This document shows, in pieces, positions 19,741 through 28,894 of a DNA stretch of 57,787 nt. Source of the DNA: a virus (taxonomy: Duplodnaviria > Caudoviricetes). Location of the stretch: positions 1 to 57,787 of the IMG/VR virus record IMGVR_UViG_3300017763_000019; one strand, written 5' to 3'. Made by a program: the position numbers and the translations under genes. The first letter of the stretch is position 1. Every line of letters starts with the position of its first letter. Under the pieces are notes generated by a model. The model worked only from the letters and a program-made list of their open reading frames with translations, was not told where the DNA came from and ran no database searches.

Positions 19741-22700
19741 ATGACAGCCACAAGTGAAAAAATATGGCATGGTTATCAAAGTAATCTTTGGAGTAATGGT
19801 AATAATTGGTCGACAAGTGCTACAATACCACAACCATCAGAAACAGCAATTTTTGATAGTACAGTATCTAACAATAATTGTTTATTAGATGTGGACACAT
19901 CAATAAATGGATTATCTGCTAATACTTATACTGGTTCATTAAATTTAAGTTCATACACTTTATCAGTTAAAACAGATGCTTATTTAGAACATTTAACAAA
20001 TTTGGAGACGAGTGCTAGTACACTTAAATTTACAGATACTGGTGTAGCAACTCTTTCGTCAAATACATTTTATAATCTCGAATTTGCAGGAAATACTGGT
20101 TTGAGTGGATCTAATACTTCAGCCGTAGCAACGGAAGTTTCAAACAACTTGACTGTTGGTGGAACTTTAAACATAGGTAATGATAACAATGGATCAGGTG
20201 TACATGATTTAAAACTACTATCGGGCTCAACAATGAACTCGAGTAATGGGATAATTACTGGTGATGGTAGATTGTATATAGTCGATGACGTTCTATTGGA
20301 TACGACAGGTACTTTGAGTAATTACGCTATTAATTATGTGTCTAGTGCTGCCAATGTTACTGTAATGTCAGGTGATTATAGTAATGTTAGTATAGTTCAA
20401 CTGATAAATGATGATTCCACACCACACATATTTGAATTTCAAGGTGGAATACATAAATATACATATTTAGATGCAGGTCTTGGTAACAATACTGACGTGG
20501 CCGGTACAATTATTTCTCTTTCAGCAAATAGTCCGTCTGTGTCAGCATCTACAATAGATGTACGGAACTACGCAGTAACGAACCATGTTCAGTTTTTCAT
20601 TGGTGATACAGATTTCCTTTGTAACTCATTACTTTCTACCTCTGGTACAAAAACAATTAGTGCTTCTGGTGGAAGAATTATACTTGGTGGAGAAGATACA
20701 ATTAATAATTTCCAAGGTATGGATAATGTTATTGAAACGGATTTAGTATTTGAAGATGGTCCTTATACCATTTATGGAACTACAAGTCCAGCCCCAATTA
20801 ACGAAGCTGTTATCAAAGCAAACAATATAACAGTTTCAGGATCATCAACTAACACACCAATTCTTAATTTCCTCCACGTTGACACTTTAAGTGCCGTGAA
20901 TGACATTATTATAAGTGGTGGACCATCAACATTTACAAATCTACAAGGAAGTAAACTTGCTGCAGGTAACAATATTAAATTTATTGGACAAGGAAATACT
21001 CCAACTACTAGATTAAATATGGATCCAACAAGTACATGGTATCAAGAAGCTGGTAATAAAATTTGGGCCTGGTACGCAGATATACAAAACGCAGTTGTGA
21101 GTGGTGGAACAACAGAAATCAGTGGTAATGTTACTGTTACAGCTACTGTTAGTACATTTGCCGGCTCTGGCAGCTCTGGTGATACTAATGGTACTGGATC
21201 TTCTGCTAGTTTCAATACACCAAGTGGTGTAGCGGTAGATTCTTCCGGTAATATATATGTGGCAGATCTTTTGAATCATAAAATACGTAAAATTACACCA
21301 GCAGGTGTAGTTAGTACAATAGCTGGAACTGGAAGTGTAGGTAGTAATGATGGGGCTGGTGCTTCCGCTAGTTTTAATGGGCCTAGGGGACTAGCCGTAG
21401 ATGCTTCCGGAAATGTGTATGTAGCAGATACATATAATAATAAAATACGTAAGATAACGTCAGCAGGAGTTGTGAGTACGTTTGCTGGAACAGGTAGTCA
21501 AGGTGATACTGATGGGGCTGGTGCTTCCGCTAGTTTTAATCAGCCTTATGGAGTTGCTGTAGATGGTGTAGGAAATGTTTACGTGGCAGATACGTATAAT
21601 CATAAAATACGTAAAATTACACCAAGTGGTGTAGTTAGTACATTAGCTGGAACTGGTAGTGCAGGAAGTAATGATGGTGCTGGATCTTCTGCAACTTTTA
21701 GTTATCCTTATGATGTTGCTGTTGATTCTTCGGGTAATATATATGTGGCAGATAGAAATAATTATAAAATTCGTAAAATTACACCAAGTGGTGTAGTTAG
21801 TACCGTAGCTGGAACAGGTAGTCAAGGTAGTATTAATGATCCTGCTACTTTTAATGCCCCTGAGGCTGTAGCGATAGATGCTTCCGGTAATATATATGTG
21901 GCAGATACTATTAATGCCAAAATACGTAAAATAACACCAGCGGGTGTAGTTAGTACATTTGTGGGAGATTTATCACTAGGTGATAAGGATGGTGCTGCTG
22001 AGAATGCTAGGTTTCATACACCAAGTGGTGTAGCGGTAGATGCTTCCGGTAATGTATATGTGGCAGATGCGGGTAATGATAAAATACGTAAGATAGTATT
22101 AACACAAACAATTTCATATCATGACGTTAGTACGTTTGCTGGAACAGGTGGTAATGGTGATACTAATGGTGCTGGCACTACTGCTAGTTTTAACGATCCT
22201 CGTGGTGTAACTTTAGATTCTTCAGGTAATGTTTACGTTGCCGATACTGACAATCATAGAATACGTAAAATAACACCACTTGGTGTAGTTAGTACATTTG
22301 CTGGTACTGGAGCTTTTGGTTCTGTTGATGGTGCTGGTGCTTCCGCTACTTTTTGGGATCCTTATGATGTTACTGTTGATTCTTCAGATAATATCTATGT
22401 AGCTGATATGAATAGTCGTAAAATTCGTAAGATTACACCATCAGGTGTAGTTAGTACCTTAGCTGGTAATGGATCTTATGGTGCAGGTGATGGTGCTGGT
22501 GCTTCGGCTAGTTTTAATCAACCTAAAGGATTAGCAGTAGATTCTTCAGATAATATTTATGTAGCAGATTATAATAATGATAAAATACGTAAAATAACTC
22601 CAGCAGGTGTGGTTAGTACCTTAGCTGGAACAGGTAGTCAAGGTAGTAATGATGGTGCTGGCTCTTCCGCTACGTTTTACGCCCCTCTTGATGTTGCTGT

Positions 22701-25700
22701 TGATTCTTCAAATAATATATATGTAGCAGATGCGGGTAATAACAAAATACGTAAGATTACACCACTTGGTGTGGTTAGTACCTTTGCCGGCAGTGGTGTT
22801 GCTGGTAGTACAAATGGTACTGGTACTTTAGCTACTTTTGATTCTCCCCAAGGTGTAGTGTTAGATTCATCGGATAATATTTATGTTGCATCGCTTGTCA
22901 ACGATTTAATACGTAAAATAACTCCAGCAGGTGTGGTTAGTACTTTTGCTGGTACTGGTGAATCCGCTCCCTATATAGGTGCTCCCGGTACTGGTGGTAC
23001 TGATGGTCCAGGGAATGTAGCTACTTTTTATAGACCCCAAGGATTAGCCGTAGATTCTTCAGATAATATTTATGTAGCGGATAAGAGTAATCATAAGATC
23101 CGTAAGATACAAAGTGCTGGAGAAGGTAGTACTATCTTTACTTCAGGTAATGCCGCTGCAACTGATAATTTGGGTGGTAATACTAATTGGTTTTTTGAAA
23201 ATGACCGTAACAATTTAACAGATGGTGCTATTGTTACTGTTGATCAAACAACTAAAAGATCTGGATCACCTATAACATTGAGTTTTACTGCAACAGACAC
23301 ACAAACTGGAATTACTTCATCTGATATAAGTATTGATTTAGATCCTTTAATTGGTGCGATTGTTCCAGGTTCGTTTAATTATGAGGTTGCCAACGAACTT
23401 ACCTTCAATGTTGAAATTTCAGCTGTAACTTCCTCAGCTACAAATATTGAAGTAACTACAATTAACGGTTCTCAACTAACAGCAACTGACACTTTCGGAC
23501 CTTATGATTACGATACAACCGCGGGTACAATAAGTTTTCAAAATTCGGTACCTAGTTATGGTATTAAAAATGATGAAATATCTGTTTTAATATTTGCTGA
23601 TGATATATTAGGTTTCCCATTGGGTGGTCCAGCTACTGTTTTTTATGGTGAATATAATGGACAGGTGGTAAGTTTTAATAATTTTTATATTGAGGACACT
23701 ACAAGAGCAGTTGTGGAGGCGATTTTACCCGCGACAACCGAAACCCTAAGTGGAAATTTATCAATTTCAGCCACAAATATTGAAGGAACTACTTTTACAG
23801 GTAACTCAAGTGCTGTGGGTAAGTACTATACCGTAGACTTAACTCCACCAGAAGTCACATTTACATATAGTCCTACAAATCAAATAGCATATAATTTTAT
23901 TAGTGTAAGTGCAAACGTGTCAGACAATGTTGGTTTCTCAACCTCGTTTGATTCAACAATAACGGATTATTATTTCATCGACTCAAACGGTGTGACATAT
24001 CCATCTCCTGCAACAAGTGTTTTAAGTACTGATAAAACCTTACTAACACAAACATTTGATTCATATGGGGACGTTAGTACAATAGCTGGAACTGGAACTA
24101 ATGGTAGTAATAATGGGGCTGGTGCTTCTGCTACTTTTCACCTGCCTGCTAATATTGCTGTAGATTCTTCAGGTAATGTGTATGTAGCAGATACATATAA
24201 TCATAAAATACGTAAGATTGATACTAACAATGTAGTTAGCACCTTTGCTGGAACTGGTAGTCAAGGTGATACTGATGGCGCTTCTGCTACTTTTTATGGA
24301 CCTCAGGATGTAGCGTTAGATTCTTCAGGTAATGTGTATGTAGCAGATACATATAATAATAAAATACGTAAGATAACGTCAACAGGAGTAGTTAGTACAT
24401 TGGCTGGAACAGGTAGTCAAGGTAGTAATGATGGGGTTGGTGCTTCTGCTACTTTTTACTATCCTTATGGAGTGGCTGTTGATTCTTCAGGTAATGTGTA
24501 TGTTGCGGATGGTGTTAATCGTAAAGTGCGTAAGATTACACCAAGTGGTGTAGTTAGTACATTAGCTGTGACCGGCAGTTCTGGATTTCCTCAGGATGTA
24601 GCTTTAGATTCTTCAGGAAATGTATATGTAGCAGATTATGATGGTAACAAAATACTTAAAATTACACCAAGTGGTGTAGTTAGTACATTAGCTGGAACAG
24701 GTAGTCAAGGTGAGGATAATGGTGTTGGAGCGTCTGCTACTTTTTATAGACCTAGAGGAGTAGCGGTAGATTCTTCTGGAAATGTGTATGTGGCAGATAC
24801 ATATAATCATGAAATACGTAAAATTACACCAAGTGGTGTAGTTAGTACATTTGTGGGTTCTGGAGCTATTGGTAGTAATAATGGTACAGGTTCTTCTGCT
24901 ACTTTTTATAGACCTGGAGGAGTAGCGGTGGATACTTCCGGCAATGTCTATGTGGCAGATACTAATAATCATAAAATACGTAAGATTCTAGTAACACCTG
25001 AAAAGGAAATGAATGCATTTGAATTTGAGATAAGTGCGTCAGGTACTTTATATTTAACACTTAAAGACACAGCAGGAAATATAACAACTTGTGCTGACGA
25101 TGGGTACATAACAGAACCAACAATTATTATTGGTACACCATCACCATCAAAGGCAACACCGATTGATACAAATATAGTAGTACCAATAAGTGCATTTGGA
25201 ACACTTACAGATAACAAAGATAATTACTATGCTAAACTTTTAAGTACTAATAATGACGAAGTTGAATTATTTTGGAGTGATGTTACTTCACCGGCAATAA
25301 ATGTAAATACATTTAACGTGATTCTATCAGGAAATGATAAGTTGGTTGGAAGCGTAGTTGTTTCTGGTGGAGTTTTAAAATTAGCTATGGTTAGTACTTT
25401 GGCTGGAACTGGAAGTCCTGGTAGTAATGATGGTGTTGGAACATTGGCTACTTTTTTAGTACCTAATGGAATAGTAGTGGATTCTTCCGGCAACGTCTAT
25501 GTAGCAGACGAAGCCAATAATAAAATTCGTAAGATTAATACAAATGGAATTGTTAGTACCTTTGCTAGTGTTACTTCACCACAAGGATTGATAACGGATT
25601 CTTCAGACAATCTCTATGTAACAGATTTTATTAATAATAAAATTCTAAAAATTACACCAAGTGGTGTAGTTAGTACCGTAGCTGGAACTGGGAGTCCTGG

Positions 25701-26322
25701 TTCTGTTAATGGGCCTGGTGCTTCTGCTAGTTTTGCAGGGCCAAATGATATAGCAATGGATTCTTTAGGTAATATTTACGTTGCTGATACATTTAATTGT
25801 AATATTCGTAAGATTGATACTAATAATGTAGTTAGCACCTTTGCTGGGACTGGTAGTGCAGGTAGTATTGATGGTACTGGCACTGCCGCAAGTTTTTCCT
25901 TTCCAGCAGGAGTAGATATTGATTCTTCAGACAATATCTATGTAGGAGATACTAGTAATCATAAAATACGTAAAATAACTCCAGCAGGAGTGGTTAGTAC
26001 TTTTGCGGGTACAGGTACTCCCATTCCCGGCGGAGTCGATGGACCTGGTGCTACTGCTAGTTTTGCTATACCTCATGGAGTAGATGTGGATTCATCGGAT
26101 AACATATATGTGGCAGATACAGGCAATTCTAAAATACGTAAAATAACACCAAGTGGTGTAGTTAGTACTTTTGCGGGCTCTTTTAGTACAGGAGACGCAG
26201 ATGGTCCAGTTAATGCAGCTCGTTTTAACTTTCCTAGAAAAGTTGTAGTAGATGCATCCGGTAATGTATATGTATCAGACACTAATAATAATAAAATACG
26301 TAAGATTGTTATTGATCCATAA
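19741..26322 (+). CDS. 2193-aa virion-associated protein: beta-helix-like N-terminus, Ig-like domains and four 6-bladed NHL propellers
   Basis: 24 repeats of VSTxAG...FxxPxGVAVDSSGNxYVADxxNxKIRKI in four groups of six; lies between gp6 and the gp7-like gene. Confidence 0.8.
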   Translation: MTATSEKIWHGYQSNLWSNGNNWSTSATIPQPSETAIFDSTVSNNNCLLDVDTSINGLSANTYTGSLNLSSYTLSVKTDAYLEHLTNLETSASTLKFTDTGVATLSSNTFYNLEFAGNTGLSGSNTSAVATEVSNNLTVGGTLNIGNDNNGSGVHDLKLLSGSTMNSSNGIITGDGRLYIVDDVLLDTTGTLSNYAINYVSSAANVTVMSGDYSNVSIVQLINDDSTPHIFEFQGGIHKYTYLDAGLGNNTDVAGTIISLSANSPSVSASTIDVRNYAVTNHVQFFIGDTDFLCNSLLSTSGTKTISASGGRIILGGEDTINNFQGMDNVIETDLVFEDGPYTIYGTTSPAPINEAVIKANNITVSGSSTNTPILNFLHVDTLSAVNDIIISGGPSTFTNLQGSKLAAGNNIKFIGQGNTPTTRLNMDPTSTWYQEAGNKIWAWYADIQNAVVSGGTTEISGNVTVTATVSTFAGSGSSGDTNGTGSSASFNTPSGVAVDSSGNIYVADLLNHKIRKITPAGVVSTIAGTGSVGSNDGAGASASFNGPRGLAVDASGNVYVADTYNNKIRKITSAGVVSTFAGTGSQGDTDGAGASASFNQPYGVAVDGVGNVYVADTYNHKIRKITPSGVVSTLAGTGSAGSNDGAGSSATFSYPYDVAVDSSGNIYVADRNNYKIRKITPSGVVSTVAGTGSQGSINDPATFNAPEAVAIDASGNIYVADTINAKIRKITPAGVVSTFVGDLSLGDKDGAAENARFHTPSGVAVDASGNVYVADAGNDKIRKIVLTQTISYHDVSTFAGTGGNGDTNGAGTTASFNDPRGVTLDSSGNVYVADTDNHRIRKITPLGVVSTFAGTGAFGSVDGAGASATFWDPYDVTVDSSDNIYVADMNSRKIRKITPSGVVSTLAGNGSYGAGDGAGASASFNQPKGLAVDSSDNIYVADYNNDKIRKITPAGVVSTLAGTGSQGSNDGAGSSATFYAPLDVAVDSSNNIYVADAGNNKIRKITPLGVVSTFAGSGVAGSTNGTGTLATFDSPQGVVLDSSDNIYVASLVNDLIRKITPAGVVSTFAGTGESAPYIGAPGTGGTDGPGNVATFYRPQGLAVDSSDNIYVADKSNHKIRKIQSAGEGSTIFTSGNAAATDNLGGNTNWFFENDRNNLTDGAIVTVDQTTKRSGSPITLSFTATDTQTGITSSDISIDLDPLIGAIVPGSFNYEVANELTFNVEISAVTSSATNIEVTTINGSQLTATDTFGPYDYDTTAGTISFQNSVPSYGIKNDEISVLIFADDILGFPLGGPATVFYGEYNGQVVSFNNFYIEDTTRAVVEAILPATTETLSGNLSISATNIEGTTFTGNSSAVGKYYTVDLTPPEVTFTYSPTNQIAYNFISVSANVSDNVGFSTSFDSTITDYYFIDSNGVTYPSPATSVLSTDKTLLTQTFDSYGDVSTIAGTGTNGSNNGAGASATFHLPANIAVDSSGNVYVADTYNHKIRKIDTNNVVSTFAGTGSQGDTDGASATFYGPQDVALDSSGNVYVADTYNNKIRKITSTGVVSTLAGTGSQGSNDGVGASATFYYPYGVAVDSSGNVYVADGVNRKVRKITPSGVVSTLAVTGSSGFPQDVALDSSGNVYVADYDGNKILKITPSGVVSTLAGTGSQGEDNGVGASATFYRPRGVAVDSSGNVYVADTYNHEIRKITPSGVVSTFVGSGAIGSNNGTGSSATFYRPGGVAVDTSGNVYVADTNNHKIRKILVTPEKEMNAFEFEISASGTLYLTLKDTAGNITTCADDGYITEPTIIIGTPSPSKATPIDTNIVVPISAFGTLTDNKDNYYAKLLSTNNDEVELFWSDVTSPAINVNTFNVILSGNDKLVGSVVVSGGVLKLAMVSTLAGTGSPGSNDGVGTLATFLVPNGIVVDSSGNVYVADEANNKIRKINTNGIVSTFASVTSPQGLITDSSDNLYVTDFINNKILKITPSGVVSTVAGTGSPGSVNGPGASASFAGPNDIAMDSLGNIYVADTFNCNIRKIDTNNVVSTFAGTGSAGSIDGTGTAASFSFPAGVDIDSSDNIYVGDTSNHKIRKITPAGVVSTFAGTGTPIPGGVDGPGATASFAIPHGVDVDSSDNIYVADTGNSKIRKITPSGVVSTFAGSFSTGDADGPVNAARFNFPRKVVVDASGNVYVSDTNNNKIRKIVIDP
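21148..23109 (+). repeat. NHL repeats, propellers 1 and 2 (12 blades)
   Basis: ~54-aa coding repeats, similar at the DNA level. Confidence 0.9.
24073..24987 (+). repeat. NHL repeats, propeller 3 (6 blades)
   Basis: Same repeat unit. Confidence 0.9.
25390..26307 (+). repeat. NHL repeats, propeller 4 (6 blades)
   Basis: Same repeat unit. Confidence 0.9.
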
Positions 26323-26325
26323 ACT

Positions 26326-26333
26326 TATAAATA
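26326..26333 (+). promoter_or_regulatory. T4-type late promoter
   Basis: TATAAATA. Confidence 0.7.
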
Positions 26334-26355
26334 TTAAAAACAGGATTAAATTGAT

Positions 26356-28839
26356 ATGAGTCTTTCAGCATTTTCACCACCATATATAATTAGTGTAACA
26401 AATACAGGTTATACATATGGTAATACACCACCGATAATTACTGTTGACAGTTCCGTACCATCAACAAAATATAGTAACAGTAATATAACACAATATTTTA
26501 CTATTACATATGAGGCGGGTATTGCACCATCTGGACTCGTATTAAGCGCTGGTTCACCTGTATCGACTAGTGCAGTGACAGTAGTTGATTCCACAACACT
26601 GATGCTCGAAGTATCAGTTAGTGCGTCTGGAAGTATTGGTATATCCGCAACTGACATTGGTGGACTAACGTCAACAGAAACAGTTTCAGACTATATAATT
26701 GATACTTCAGTAACAGGGCCACTTGGTAGTTCATCAGATGTATACGGACCAGGTATTAAATACACTCTTCATAATCCAAGTGATAGATTTGTTATAACCA
26801 AAGATGGAAACAATACAGGTTCAGTTCATGTCACAGTAACAGATGATATAGAAATTGTTTATGAAAGTGGAAATCCTTCAAATTGGATTGGGTTAGTTCC
26901 GGGTAGTGTTGGTGAAATTGATAACACATCATGGGTACAGACGACAAGTGCGGTTGTAGAATTTGATGTTATAAACATTTCTGCAACAGGTGATGTAATT
27001 GTTTCAGCAACAGATTTTTGGGGTGGTAATACCAACACAGAAAGTGATACAAGATGGATGGTAGGTTGTTCGGACAATGACAGACTGATAAATCTGGTCA
27101 ACTTTTTACCACAACACTTATACGATTCAGAAACATTTGATTTTACAAAACTTTTTGAGAACTTTCTAAACACTATGTATGAGGATAGAGACCATCCTTG
27201 TAATTATGGTATACTTAAAAAAATAGAACAGATAGGTGACTTACATGATCCACAATTAATGGATTCTGAATACTTACAATTCTACGCAAATTTTTTAGGT
27301 TATGATTTGACAATAAATAGGGGTGAAATTGGAAACATAACAAATGAAGTGACTGATGACGGTACATATATAGATGATGAAGAATCAAAAAAGTATTTAA
27401 GATTTGTAGTTGAAAATTTACCTAACTGGTATAAAATTAAATCAACTAGAAACGCAGTAAAAATTATGTTATTTTCATTTGGTATAATTGGGGATTTATT
27501 TACACTTTTTTCAAACGATTATGATAAAAATTGGATAAGTGACAGGGAAGACGATAGATCATCAATTGGAACCCAAATACCAAGTGGTTATTATCCCACT
27601 CCTCATTTTCAACTAGCTGTAAACCTACGAGAAACATCACCCAAGTGGTTACAGAACCTTGGATCAATACTAAACGCTATTGATGGTATAAGACCCATCA
27701 ATACGGTATTTGAGCGCTTTGGTGGTTATTATGATATGGACCCAGCAATTATAAATGTAGTTGCAGGTAGTCCACATATAACACAGAGTGTATATATTGA
27801 TTGGACAAACTCTCCTGCGACGCTTACACCTACACCTACATACACTGTTAGTACATTTGCGGGAACCGGTAGTCAAGGAAGTAATGATGGCGCAGGTTCT
27901 TCTGCTACATTTAATGAACCTAGAGGAGTAGCGGTAGATGCTTCCGGAAATGTGTATGTGGCCGATGAAGACAACAATAGAATCCGTAAAATAACTCCGG
28001 CAGGTGTGGTTAGTACATTTGCGGGTTCTTCTTATGGTGATGTAGATGCAAATGGAACTGCAGCAAAGCTTGGCCAACCTAGAGGAGTAGCGTTAGATGC
28101 TTCCGGAAATGTATATGTGGCAGATGCTGGCAATAATAAAATCCGTAGGATTACACCAGCTGGTGACGTTAGTACATTTGCTGGAACCGGTGCTTATGGT
28201 GATACAGATGGTGCAGGAAATGTTGCTACTTTTAAAGCTCCTTATGGAGTAACCTTAGATGCTTCCGGTAATGTGTATGTTGCAGATACTTATAATCATA
28301 AAATTCGTAAGATAACTCCCTCAGGTGTAGTTAGTACAATTGCTGGAAGTGGTACTCAAGGAGATGCTAATGGTACTGGAACTGCTGCTAGTTTTAATCA
28401 GCCTCATGGTGTTGCTGTAGATGCTTCCGGTAATGTGTATGTTACAGATACGGGTAATCATAAAATTCGTAAGATTACACCAGCAGGTGTAGTTAGTACA
28501 TTTGCTGGAAGTGGTACTCAAGGAAGTAATGATGGTGTAAGTTCCTCTGCTACTTTTTTTAATCCTAGAGGGGTGTCTATTGATTCTTCAGGTATTGTGT
28601 ATGTTGCAGATCCGTATAACAAAAAAATCCGTAAGATTATACCAGCGGGTGACGTTAGTACAATTGTATTGACAGGTTTTAACTATTCAGGTTTCGACCA
28701 ACCTGGTGACTTAGTAGTAGATTCATCTAATGATATTTATGTGGTAGATACCGCTAATGATAGAATTAATAAATTTACACAGGGTGTGGTTAATACTAAT
28801 ATGTATAGTAACTCAGTTGATGGTAACTTAGACTATTAG
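26356..28839 (+). CDS. Baseplate wedge protein (gp7/gpI-like) with Ig-like N-terminus and C-terminal NHL propeller
   Basis: LVNFLP, EYLQFYANFLGY, LPNWYKIKSTRNAVKIML and IRPINT core motifs; six NHL repeats at 27847-28776. Confidence 0.75.
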   Translation: MSLSAFSPPYIISVTNTGYTYGNTPPIITVDSSVPSTKYSNSNITQYFTITYEAGIAPSGLVLSAGSPVSTSAVTVVDSTTLMLEVSVSASGSIGISATDIGGLTSTETVSDYIIDTSVTGPLGSSSDVYGPGIKYTLHNPSDRFVITKDGNNTGSVHVTVTDDIEIVYESGNPSNWIGLVPGSVGEIDNTSWVQTTSAVVEFDVINISATGDVIVSATDFWGGNTNTESDTRWMVGCSDNDRLINLVNFLPQHLYDSETFDFTKLFENFLNTMYEDRDHPCNYGILKKIEQIGDLHDPQLMDSEYLQFYANFLGYDLTINRGEIGNITNEVTDDGTYIDDEESKKYLRFVVENLPNWYKIKSTRNAVKIMLFSFGIIGDLFTLFSNDYDKNWISDREDDRSSIGTQIPSGYYPTPHFQLAVNLRETSPKWLQNLGSILNAIDGIRPINTVFERFGGYYDMDPAIINVVAGSPHITQSVYIDWTNSPATLTPTPTYTVSTFAGTGSQGSNDGAGSSATFNEPRGVAVDASGNVYVADEDNNRIRKITPAGVVSTFAGSSYGDVDANGTAAKLGQPRGVALDASGNVYVADAGNNKIRRITPAGDVSTFAGTGAYGDTDGAGNVATFKAPYGVTLDASGNVYVADTYNHKIRKITPSGVVSTIAGSGTQGDANGTGTAASFNQPHGVAVDASGNVYVTDTGNHKIRKITPAGVVSTFAGSGTQGSNDGVSSSATFFNPRGVSIDSSGIVYVADPYNKKIRKIIPAGDVSTIVLTGFNYSGFDQPGDLVVDSSNDIYVVDTANDRINKFTQGVVNTNMYSNSVDGNLDY

Positions 28840-28847
28840 ATTGAAAG

Positions 28848-28855
28848 TATAAATA
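28848..28855 (+). promoter_or_regulatory. T4-type late promoter
   Basis: TATAAATA upstream of the fibre gene. Confidence 0.7.
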
Positions 28856-28894
28856 TTAAAAAATAGCATAAGAATCTTTTGAAGGAGAAAATGA

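Noticed and set aside
21618-21633. Palindrome TACACCA-AG-TGGTGTA at blade junctions as a recombinase site
   Set aside because: It is explained by preferred codons for T-P-S-G-V, and several blades break the symmetry.
21148-28776. NHL DNA repeats as a CRISPR array or DGR template/variable repeats
   Set aside because: The repeats are in-frame coding units with no repeat-spacer structure. No reverse transcriptase is in the window and the differences are not restricted to adenines.
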